Shown here: positions 23,098-31,779 of the stretch, piece after piece | How the letters are laid out: every line of letters begins with the position of its first letter | Numbering within the stretch: position 1 is the stretch's first letter | Assembly: GCA_002841785.1 (NCBI GenBank) | Contig: PHAW01000009.1 | Span: forward strand, 6,946-38,945 | DNA length: 32,000 nucleotides | Origin: Deltaproteobacteria bacterium HGW-Deltaproteobacteria-3 | Lineage (GTDB): Bacteria; Desulfobacterota; Desulfobulbia; Desulfobulbales; Desulfurivibrionaceae | Direction of reading: 5' to 3' | Notes under the pieces: model-generated | Told to the model about the DNA's origin: nothing | The model's input: the letters and a program-made list of their open reading frames with translations, nothing else | Databases searched by the model: none | Program-made: the position numbers and the translations under genes

Positions 23098-26000
23098 TTA
23101 TTGCTGCCCAGGCTCAAGACTTTTTGCCCTGCCCGTCAAAAACTTCCAGCCCTTGTCCACATCTTTCTGGGCCAGTTCCATCAACTCGTCAAACATCCCG
23201 GGATTGGTGAGCTTCAAGGCCCTGTACCTGTTTTCATTCATGGCATAGTCACTGAAAGGAATTGCCGGGGCTTTCGAGTCAATGGTCAGCGGATTTCCAC
23301 CCGCCTCCTCAATCTGCGGATTATAGCGATACAGAGGCCAGTGCCCGCACTCCACCGCTTTTTTCTGCTGCTCAAGCCCCTTCGCCATGTTGATCCCATG
23401 GTTTATGCAATGCGAGTATGCGATGATCAACGACGGGCCGTTATACGCCTCCGCCTCGTTGAACGCCTTGACCACCTGGGCAGGATTGGCCCCCATGGCC
23501 ACCTTGGCCACAAAGACATTACCGTAAGTGGCAAAGATCATGCCGATATCCTTTTTGGCCATCCGTTTGCCGCCGGCGGCGAACTGGGCCGTAGCTGCAC
23601 GAGGGGTGGACTTTGACATCTGGCCGCCGGTGTTGGAATAGACCTCGGTATCCATCACCAGAACGTTGACGTTTTCACCCGAGGCCAGGACATGATCAAG
23701 GCCGCCGTAGCCGATATCATAGGCCCAGCCGTCGCCACCGAAGATCCAAACCGATTTTTTGACCAGGAAGTCGGCCACATGCAGCAATTGCTGGGACTTG
23801 CTGAAAGTGCTGCCTTCCAGTATTTTTTTCAATTCAGCCACTCGCCCGCGTTGGACCTCAATCTCAACCTGACTGCTCTGGGAAGCGTTGAGCAACTCAT
23901 CCACCATGGCCTGGCTAACAACCCCATCAATCACCCCATCCGCTAAGAGTTCAGCGGCCTGGGAGGCCATTTTGTTGACGGTCTGGCGCATACCGAGGCC
24001 GAACTCGGCATTGTCTTCAAACAGGGAGTTGGCCCAAGTCGGCCCCCGGCCATCATCCCGCTTGCAATAGGGAGTGGTGGGCAGGTTACCGCCGTAAATG
24101 GAGGAGCAGCCGGTGGCATTGGCGATCATCATCCGGTCGCCGAAGAGCTGGGTGGCCAGTTTGATGTACGGCGTCTCGCCGCAGCCCACACAGGCGCCTG
24201 GATATTCAAACAGGGGGCGGAGCAACTGGCTGCCCTTAATGGTGGCCGGCTTGACCTCGTTATAGTCAAGCTCCGGCAGGGTGAGGAAAAAGGCGTAATT
24301 GCCTGATTCCCGCTGGCGGATCTCTTCGTTATTAACAGCCATGGCCAAGGCCCGATCCTCGGTCTTTTTGCCGTCCGCATCCTTCTTGCGGGCCGGACAG
24401 ACGGAGACACAATGACTACAACCGTTGCAATCCTCGGTGGACACAGAGATGACAAATTTACGGCCCTCGAACTCTTTGCCCACGGCGTCGGCACTTTGCA
24501 GGGTGTCCGGCGCACCGGCCAGGGCATCCTTGGTAACGATTTTCATGCGGATGGAGGCGTGGGGGCAGACCAATGAGCACTGACCACACTGAATGCAGGT
24601 GTTCGCATCCCACAAGGGCACTTCCACAGCGATATTCCGTTTCTCATACTGGGTGGTGGCGGTGGGCCAGGTGCCGTCACAGGGCATCTGGGAAACCTTG
24701 ATGGTGTTACCCTTGCCCTCGATCATCTTTGCCGTCACCTCTTTGACAAAGGCAGGCGCATTGGCCGGTACGGTTGGCGGCAGTTCGTAGCCGGTGATTG
24801 CGCTTGGCACAGCAACGGCAACGATATTGTTCACCGCTGCGTCCACGGCGTCATAGTTCATCTTGACCACCTTTTCACCTTTGTTGCCGTAGGTCTTCTT
24901 GATGGCGGTCTTGATGGAGCTGATAGCCTCTTCCTTGGTGATGATGTCGGAAATCAGAAAAAAGGCAGTCTGCATGATCATATTGATACGGGCGCCAAGA
25001 CCGAGGGCCGCGGCAAGGCTCAGGGCATCGATGATGTAAAATTTCAGTTTCTTGTCGATCATCTGCTTTTGAACCTTGGCCGGCAGGTGATTCCAGACCT
25101 CATCCTTGCTGAAGGAGGTGGTGAGCAGAAAGGTGCCGTTTTCTTCGATGTTGGCCAGCATATCGTACTGGTCAAGAAAGGTGAACTTATGGCAGGCGAT
25201 GAAACTGGCCTTGTTGATAAGATAGGGAGCCATGATCTTGTTCTTGCCGAAACGCAGGTGGCTGGTGGTGATGGACCCTGATTTTTTGGAATCGTAGACA
25301 AAATAGCCCTGGGCGTTGTTGTCGGTCTCGGTGCCGATGATCTTGATGCTGTTCTTATTGGCGCCCACGGTGCCGTCCGCCCCTAGGCCGTAGAACATGG
25401 CCCGGTGGACATCCTTGCCTTCGATATCGTAGGTCTTGTCGTAGTCGAGGCTGGTAAAAGCCACATCGTCTTCAGGCCCCACGCAGAAATGGTTCTTGGG
25501 GTCTTTTGCACCCATATTGTCAAACACTGCCTTGACCATGGCCGGAGTAAACTCGGCGGAGCCCAAACCATAACGGCCACCGAGGACGATTGGCGCTTTT
25601 GACAGCACCCCTGCGTCCTGGGCCTCGCCGACAACGGTGCGGACATCCTGATACAGCGGCTCGCCGGCCGCGCCATTCTCCTTGGTCCGGTCGAGCACGG
25701 TGATGCGCTTCACACTGTCCGGCAGGGCACCGATAAGACCGCTTGCGCTGAAGGGCCTGAAGAGCCTTACTACGACAAGGCCGACTTTTTGTCCCTGGGC
25801 TATGAGATATTCCACCGTGGCGCGCACCGTCTCGGCTCCGGAAGCCATAACAACAATGATATCCTCGGCATCAGGGGCGCCGAAATAATCAAAAAGATGG
25901 TATTTGCGGCCGGTGAGTTGGGCGAATTTGTTCATGGTCTCTTGGACAATGTCCGGGACTGCTTCATAGAATTTGTTCACTGTTTCGCGGCCGGTGAAAT

Positions 26001-26673
26001 TAACATCCGGGTTCTGGGCCGTGCCTCGCATCATCGGTCGATCCGGGGAAAGACCACGCTTACGGTGGACGATAATCAGCTCTTCGTCGATCATGCTCCG
26101 CATGTCATCTTCAGAAAGCTGCTCGATTTTCTGGATTTCATGGGAGGTGCGGAAGCCATCAAAGAAATGCATGAAGGGGATGCGTGACTTGAGCGTTGAC
26201 TGGGTGGCGATGAGCGCCATGTCCTGGGCTTCCTGGACATTCTGAGCGCCGAGCATGGCCCAGCCGGTCTGCCGGGCTGCCATGATATCGCTGTGATCTC
26301 CGAAGATAGACAATCCCTGATAGGCCAGGGCGCGGGCGGAGATATGAAAAACCGTTGGGGTCAACTCGCCGGCAAGCTTGTTCATATTGGGCAAAAGAAG
26401 CATCAAACCCTGGGATGCAGAGAAAGTGGTGCACAGGGAGCCGGTGGTGAGGGAGCCGTGCAAAGCACCCGCCACCCCGGCTTCGGACTGCATCTGGCTT
26501 ACGGTGGGAACCGAGCCCCAGATGTTCTTCTGCCTGGCATTGGCCTTGGTGTCGGACTCTGCCGCCATGGAGGTTGACGGGGTGATGGGGTAGATGGTGA
26601 TAATTTCGCTGGTGGCGTAAGCCACATGGGTGCACGCCTGGTTGCCGTCAATGGTGACCATTTTTCGGGACAT
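23098..26673 (-). CDS. nifJ: Pyruvate:ferredoxin (flavodoxin) oxidoreductase, single-polypeptide PFOR
   Basis: 1191 aa. N-terminus is MVTIDGNQACTHVAYATSEIITIYPITPS. Internal 2x[4Fe-4S] ferredoxin domain (CIQCGQCSLVCP, CNGCSHCVSVCP). TPP-binding GGDGWAYDIGYGGLDH motif. Confidence 0.97.
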   Translation of the reverse strand: MSRKMVTIDGNQACTHVAYATSEIITIYPITPSTSMAAESDTKANARQKNIWGSVPTVSQMQSEAGVAGALHGSLTTGSLCTTFSASQGLMLLLPNMNKLAGELTPTVFHISARALAYQGLSIFGDHSDIMAARQTGWAMLGAQNVQEAQDMALIATQSTLKSRIPFMHFFDGFRTSHEIQKIEQLSEDDMRSMIDEELIIVHRKRGLSPDRPMMRGTAQNPDVNFTGRETVNKFYEAVPDIVQETMNKFAQLTGRKYHLFDYFGAPDAEDIIVVMASGAETVRATVEYLIAQGQKVGLVVVRLFRPFSASGLIGALPDSVKRITVLDRTKENGAAGEPLYQDVRTVVGEAQDAGVLSKAPIVLGGRYGLGSAEFTPAMVKAVFDNMGAKDPKNHFCVGPEDDVAFTSLDYDKTYDIEGKDVHRAMFYGLGADGTVGANKNSIKIIGTETDNNAQGYFVYDSKKSGSITTSHLRFGKNKIMAPYLINKASFIACHKFTFLDQYDMLANIEENGTFLLTTSFSKDEVWNHLPAKVQKQMIDKKLKFYIIDALSLAAALGLGARINMIMQTAFFLISDIITKEEAISSIKTAIKKTYGNKGEKVVKMNYDAVDAAVNNIVAVAVPSAITGYELPPTVPANAPAFVKEVTAKMIEGKGNTIKVSQMPCDGTWPTATTQYEKRNIAVEVPLWDANTCIQCGQCSLVCPHASIRMKIVTKDALAGAPDTLQSADAVGKEFEGRKFVISVSTEDCNGCSHCVSVCPARKKDADGKKTEDRALAMAVNNEEIRQRESGNYAFFLTLPELDYNEVKPATIKGSQLLRPLFEYPGACVGCGETPYIKLATQLFGDRMMIANATGCSSIYGGNLPTTPYCKRDDGRGPTWANSLFEDNAEFGLGMRQTVNKMASQAAELLADGVIDGVVSQAMVDELLNASQSSQVEIEVQRGRVAELKKILEGSTFSKSQQLLHVADFLVKKSVWIFGGDGWAYDIGYGGLDHVLASGENVNVLVMDTEVYSNTGGQMSKSTPRAATAQFAAGGKRMAKKDIGMIFATYGNVFVAKVAMGANPAQVVKAFNEAEAYNGPSLIIAYSHCINHGINMAKGLEQQKKAVECGHWPLYRYNPQIEEAGGNPLTIDSKAPAIPFSDYAMNENRYRALKLTNPGMFDELMELAQKDVDKGWKFLTGRAKSLEPGQQ

Positions 26674-26744
26674 GTTTCTGTTTCTCCTGTTGTTATTGTT
26701 TCAATTCGGTTTCTAAAAAAAATCGTTTTTGCCTGTCTTTCAGT

Positions 26745-29051
26745 TCAAACGCTGGCGGCTAACGCCGCGACAATCTTCTTGGGCAATTTGCCCAATGAAT
26801 CGAACTGCGGTTCAAACATCTTTTTCAAAACTCCTGTTGTCGTGGCGGAACCATTTCCGCCGTATACTTTTTTCTCGTCAATAGTCGGCATATGGGTCAT
26901 CAGGGGACACACGCCACATGCTTTACGCTTGGTCATGTCGTGGGTCAGGGCGATGATCTCCTTCAAGGCTCCTTCTTCGCCGGCATAGATCATCTCCCTG
27001 CCGATCTTGTCTGCAAGCCCGGTTCTTTCAATTACCGCCATCACTTCCCCCTTGACCCGGCACATGGCAAAACCAATCCCGGCCCGACGAACCCTGTCCA
27101 CCAGCAGGGACAAAGCGTCTTCCCCCGAAGCATCGATGTCATTGATACCGTCAGCGACCAGAAGGATGAATTTCAGCTCAGGATTGGCGGTGCGAATCCG
27201 GAACACCTGTTCGTCCAGATAACTGGCATTGGCAAAAAAAAGTGTCCCGTCAAAACGAATCACCGCGATATGACTGCACACCCGGAGTCCGTGATCGATG
27301 GCGCATCCCAATACGCCTTCATTACTCATCGCCAGGGTCGACACATTGGGATGCATCCTTCGATACAAAAACACCGCCACGGAAAGACAAACGCCCAGCA
27401 GAATTCCCTTGTCCAGATGCGGGGCAAAAACAAGAGTGGCGCAAAAACTGGCCACGGCGATTATCCCATCCGCCTTCTGCGCCTTCCAGGCATGAGCAAA
27501 CCCTTTCACCTGCACAAGGCTGATAACCGCCATCATAATGACTGCGGCGAGAACTGCCTGGGGCAGGTGATACAAAAGGGGAGTCAGAAACAGCAAGGTC
27601 ACGGTAACGACAATTGCACTGAAAACATTCGCCAATCCTGTCTTGCCGCCGGCCTGCAGATTCACCGCTGATCTCGAGAACGAGCCTGACACAGGATAGG
27701 AACCGCTGATGGAACCGAGGATGTTGGCCAGTCCCTGCCCTATCAATTCCTGATTGGCATCAAGCTTTTGCCCTGTTTTCGCGGCGATGGCCCTGGCGAT
27801 GGAAATTGCCTCCATAAAACCGAGCAGGGAAATAATCGCGGCATAGGAAAAAAGCTGCGAAAATACCTGGAGGTTTAATTCCGGAAAGCGCAGGGAAGGA
27901 ATACCTTGGGGGATATTGCCAACCACCGCACCTCCGCCGGTGAGAACCAAACGATTTTCCGGCAAAGCATTATTGCCTGCCTTGATCCGCCATGTCCGAC
28001 CATCTTCTTTCATTTCCGGCGGGGTCTCCCCCTTCCGGTAATAAACAACCCCATCTTTCGTTTGAACAGCGCTGAGTTGCATGGATCGCAAGGCTGATCT
28101 GTCGGCCTGGATCTTTCCCTTGGCCTCATCAAGCATGAGGCTATGCACCGCCTTATTGTGCTGCATTTCCAAAAGCGCCAACGGGTCAAAACCGGTCTTG
28201 TTTTTGGCCGCATTGATTTCGCCGATCACCGTCGAACGCTGTTCGCTATAAATCCTTATTTTTTCCACGCCATGATTGAACTCTTTCACCAGCCCCTGAA
28301 TTTCCTGCGAGCGTAAATCCTCAAGCGAGACGGTCTGGTGGCGCTCAAAGCCGGTGAACCAGGAAATCAGGGTGGTGATCACAACTGCGGCCAGAATTGC
28401 CGGTGCTTTCGGGTACGCTCTTTTCAAGCCCACCATGACGGCAATGGCCAGGACGGCCATGCCGAATGTCGGCCAGTGGATGTATTGCATGCCCCTCTGC
28501 AGCACAAGAAAAATGGTTTCGTAGTGGTATCCCGCCTTGTCGACCTCAACCCCGAATATTTTCGACAACTGCGAAGAAGCTATAATAATGGCGGCAGCAT
28601 TGGTAAACCCGCTGACCACCGGATGGGAGAGAAAATTGACCACGAGTCCGAGCCGGAAGACGCCAAGACAGAACTGAAAGAGGCCAACAATAAAGGCCAG
28701 CATGATGGCGTAGGCGATAAACTGCTCACTGCCCGCAGTGGCAATGGACTCAAGAGACGCTGCGGTCACCAGGGAAACCACCGCCACAGGACCTGTGGCG
28801 AGTTGCCTGCTCGACCCGAAAAAAGCCGCCACCATCGGCGGGAGAAAGGAAGCATACAAACCGTAATACGCCGGCAGGCCTGCGAGCTGGGCATAGGCCA
28901 TGGACTGAGGAATCAGCACCAGTGCCACGGTAATGCCGGCCACCGCATCCGCCTTGAATTTTTCCTTGTCGTACTCCCTGAGCCAGGGCAGAAACGGAAA
29001 CAATTTTAGAAGCAAAAGAAAAATCTCCCTTGTGTATCCACGATTAAGCAA
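26745..29051 (-). CDS. SulP-family anion permease with STAS domain, ~140-aa internal insertion and extended C-terminal tail
   Basis: GITVALVLIPQSMAYAQLAGLP is the SulP signature. The STAS domain is IAVIRFDGTLFFANASYL...DASGEDAL. The only in-frame start after the upstream TAG is TTG (29051). Confidence 0.85.
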   Translation of the reverse strand: MLNRGYTREIFLLLLKLFPFLPWLREYDKEKFKADAVAGITVALVLIPQSMAYAQLAGLPAYYGLYASFLPPMVAAFFGSSRQLATGPVAVVSLVTAASLESIATAGSEQFIAYAIMLAFIVGLFQFCLGVFRLGLVVNFLSHPVVSGFTNAAAIIIASSQLSKIFGVEVDKAGYHYETIFLVLQRGMQYIHWPTFGMAVLAIAVMVGLKRAYPKAPAILAAVVITTLISWFTGFERHQTVSLEDLRSQEIQGLVKEFNHGVEKIRIYSEQRSTVIGEINAAKNKTGFDPLALLEMQHNKAVHSLMLDEAKGKIQADRSALRSMQLSAVQTKDGVVYYRKGETPPEMKEDGRTWRIKAGNNALPENRLVLTGGGAVVGNIPQGIPSLRFPELNLQVFSQLFSYAAIISLLGFMEAISIARAIAAKTGQKLDANQELIGQGLANILGSISGSYPVSGSFSRSAVNLQAGGKTGLANVFSAIVVTVTLLFLTPLLYHLPQAVLAAVIMMAVISLVQVKGFAHAWKAQKADGIIAVASFCATLVFAPHLDKGILLGVCLSVAVFLYRRMHPNVSTLAMSNEGVLGCAIDHGLRVCSHIAVIRFDGTLFFANASYLDEQVFRIRTANPELKFILLVADGINDIDASGEDALSLLVDRVRRAGIGFAMCRVKGEVMAVIERTGLADKIGREMIYAGEEGALKEIIALTHDMTKRKACGVCPLMTHMPTIDEKKVYGGNGSATTTGVLKKMFEPQFDSLGKLPKKIVAALAASV

Positions 29052-29074
29052 ACTGTTCCACTATGCCGTCGCGA

Positions 29075-29575
29075 CTAGGCTTTGCCTTTTTTAAGCTCTG
29101 CCGACTTTTTCATCAGACTTTCACGGGTTTTCGCCCTGAACTTTTCCAACTCCCCTGCGACCTCAGGATATTTAATCGATAGAATTTCACAGGCGAGATA
29201 GGCTGCATTCTTTGCGCCATCAATCGCCACGGTTGCCACAGGAACCCCCGGAGGCATCTGCACCGTGGCGTACAGCGCGTCAACTCCGTGCAGAGCCCCT
29301 GATGCCAGAGGAACCCCGATAACCGGCAAAGTGGTGTGGGCGGCAATGACCCCGGCCAAATGCGCCGCCATTCCGGCTCCGGCAATAATCACCTCAAGGC
29401 CGCGCTCTCTTGCCGTACCGGCATATTCCGCTGTTTTATCCGGAAGACGATGTGCGGAACTGATATCCATCTCATAGGGAATGCCCATTTCCGCAAGCAC
29501 CGCTCCTGCCTTTTCCATAACCGGAAGATCAGAGTCGCTGCCCATCAGAATTCCAACAAGTGGTTTGCTTTGCAT
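29075..29575 (-). CDS. purE: 5-(carboxyamino)imidazole ribonucleotide mutase (PurE)
   Basis: VGILMGSDSDLPVM, SAHRLP, IAGAGMAAHLAGV and PVIGVPL motifs. AAGGAGAG SD. Confidence 0.93.
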   Translation of the reverse strand: MQSKPLVGILMGSDSDLPVMEKAGAVLAEMGIPYEMDISSAHRLPDKTAEYAGTARERGLEVIIAGAGMAAHLAGVIAAHTTLPVIGVPLASGALHGVDALYATVQMPPGVPVATVAIDGAKNAAYLACEILSIKYPEVAGELEKFRAKTRESLMKKSAELKKGKA

Positions 29576-29667
29576 TGTTCTCTCCTTTGTTCGGATTTTT
29601 TTCGGTGCGCTGGCGCACCACCATTTTCAGATCTGAAAACCTGTATTATTTTCCCTGCCCCACAGAC

Positions 29668-31473
29668 TCATGGGGCAATCTTTATATCTCTTAAGGTGGC
29701 GATAACCCTCAACAACGCTCTGGCTGCTTTTTCCGGCCCGGACGCTTCATACCCTGGAATGCCAAGCCGAGTCCGCAACTGACCGACCTTTACTCCGGAC
29801 TCGAATGCCGCCTCAAAAACCTTCCCGGCCAAATCTTCATGCGACTCTTTATATTGTGGCGGGCCAAAGATATTGGCAAAATACGAATGAACCAGACCGG
29901 TTGATGTCGTCGTTCCCTTGGCCATTACCGCCCCTTCCCGGAAAACGTTCAGCGCCTGGGCAGGGCTGGTAAATTGCTCAAGAATCGGATGCTCCGGGTC
30001 GACCTCTTCATAATTGTTGGCGTACAACAGGTAATCCAGAGGATACCCTTTCAGAACATCTTCAATGGTCGCCACCGGCAGCACGACACGGGCGTTGACC
30101 TTCTGCGGACTCATGATGATGGCCCTGTCAATCTGCCCGAAAGCATAGCCTTGCTGCAGGTCATCCAACCGGATAAATGCGCCGATTTCCGTGCCGTAGG
30201 CAATAAGCCGTCCTGCCTCATCAATCTCGATCGAACCCATGTCATCGGCGACAATCCGCATTTCCCGAATAAACGTTTCCCCGAGAATCCGGAATGCTTC
30301 CAGCGTTTCCGATTTTCCAGCAGCCGTATCCCCGATAAGCAGGATGTTAGCCTCTATACCGGTTTTGACAAAACCGCCTTTGAGGGAAATATGCACCATG
30401 GCCCCATGAAAAGGCAGGCGCCCGCGCTTCATCATGATCACATTGTGAAGGGTCAGGGTCATTTTTTTGAGATAGCCGAAATAGCCGAACCGATCTTCAA
30501 GCGGCACAGCTGCGACCAGCAAGTTATGCCCGGCATCATCGAAAAATACCGTTGGCAGATCACCGAATTGAACCATTTGTTCAGGAGGAGCGCCAAAAAC
30601 ATATACTGCATCGGGACCGGCACAAATCTGCTCGTCCGTGGCCAACTCAAAGAGGTTTGCGACAGAGGAGCCCAGCCCCATAAATTGGTGGTGAAAGTAT
30701 ATAAAAACAACGAGCGATCCGACCTGCGCCGGATAACAGAGGAAATCCTCCGGCGCTAAAACCAGGTCACTCAGCGGGTTGACCTCTGTCCGCTGGAATT
30801 GTCCGGTGCGCTTGTTTGTCGGGGGATCGATAATCAGGGGAGGAGCAATCCATATCTGACGGATAAACGGTATTTCACCCAATATTTTCTCATACGGTGT
30901 CGGCAGGCCGGAAACTTTTGCCACAGCAATAATGCCGACCTTGCATCCAGCCGCAACATGTCGATATACCCGAGGATGACTGCCTGTGATATTCTCGCAA
31001 ATATTGCGATACAACGAGCGAACTTGATGCGCCAAGGAGACAAGCGTCTCATTAAAAGCACGGTGGGGACGCTGATCCATGCAGTTTGGCCCGGGCTCGG
31101 AATACAGCACCATATAACGATCAAAGGATCGCCAATAATCGTACAGTTTCTCCACGAATTCATGAAAAGCCTGCTGCCGCAGCGGGTCAGACAAGAAAGC
31201 CGCCGAGGGGAGCAGAGAAACTACCTGCGCCACCGGATGTTCGCTCAGTGCTTTCAGGATATTGATGAACAGTCTCTTATCCCTGTCACTCTCGAGACAT
31301 AAGCCCAATTCCGACAACAGCGGTGATTCGTCGCAACGGAGATCAGCTATGTACTGGTTGAGCAACTCGTCGAATACTTCACTGTGAATGAGCTCTCTTT
31401 GCGACTCGCAGATCTTGCCGTCCGTGCTGATGATAATTTGCTTCCCTTGCCTGTGGATTTTTTTTGCCGCCAT
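29668..31473 (-). CDS. Uncharacterised ~600-aa protein with a C-terminal PEP-carboxykinase/HPr-kinase-superfamily nucleotide-binding catalytic core
   Basis: FGYLKKMTLTLHN...GRLPFHGAMV...LLIGDTAAGKSETLE (P-loop at 30333-30307)...IVADDMGSIEI...GTEIGAFIR...VNARVVLP. The order and spacing parallel ATP-PEPCK motifs, and the P-loop is HprK-like (GKSE). The start is ambiguous: ATG 31473 (preferred) or the track's 31569. Confidence 0.6.
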   Translation of the reverse strand: MAAKKIHRQGKQIIISTDGKICESQRELIHSEVFDELLNQYIADLRCDESPLLSELGLCLESDRDKRLFINILKALSEHPVAQVVSLLPSAAFLSDPLRQQAFHEFVEKLYDYWRSFDRYMVLYSEPGPNCMDQRPHRAFNETLVSLAHQVRSLYRNICENITGSHPRVYRHVAAGCKVGIIAVAKVSGLPTPYEKILGEIPFIRQIWIAPPLIIDPPTNKRTGQFQRTEVNPLSDLVLAPEDFLCYPAQVGSLVVFIYFHHQFMGLGSSVANLFELATDEQICAGPDAVYVFGAPPEQMVQFGDLPTVFFDDAGHNLLVAAVPLEDRFGYFGYLKKMTLTLHNVIMMKRGRLPFHGAMVHISLKGGFVKTGIEANILLIGDTAAGKSETLEAFRILGETFIREMRIVADDMGSIEIDEAGRLIAYGTEIGAFIRLDDLQQGYAFGQIDRAIIMSPQKVNARVVLPVATIEDVLKGYPLDYLLYANNYEEVDPEHPILEQFTSPAQALNVFREGAVMAKGTTTSTGLVHSYFANIFGPPQYKESHEDLAGKVFEAAFESGVKVGQLRTRLGIPGYEASGPEKAARALLRVIATLRDIKIAP

Positions 31474-31610
31474 AATGAGTCGCTCCGACCAACTGCTTGA
31501 ATACAAAAAAAAAGGCCGAAGAATCCTTAAAAAGGATGCATCGACCTTCATTCCAAGAACCGCACTCAACCCTTGAGTCGGCTGGACAAAATATCAGATA
31601 TGTTTCAGGC

Positions 31611-31650
31611 AAAAAAAAACGCACAATATCAGAAACAAGTCAGATATCGT
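31611..31650 (-). terminator. Candidate rho-independent terminator (8-bp AU-rich stem plus U9) downstream of the DUF2294 gene
   Basis: Minus-strand RNA: ACGAUAUC-(12 nt)-GAUAUUGU-GCG-UUUUUUUUU. It contains one G-U pair, so it is specific to the minus strand. Confidence 0.45.
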
Positions 31651-31779
31651 ACGGTCCTTTCTTGGCAGGTGCTTTTGACACCCCCCAAGTCTCAACCTAT
31701 GTAAGCAAGAACTTACCTTGTGATGCCCAGGAAGTCAACGGAAAAATCCGCTCATTTCTCCGAAGACAGAAAAGAGCTT

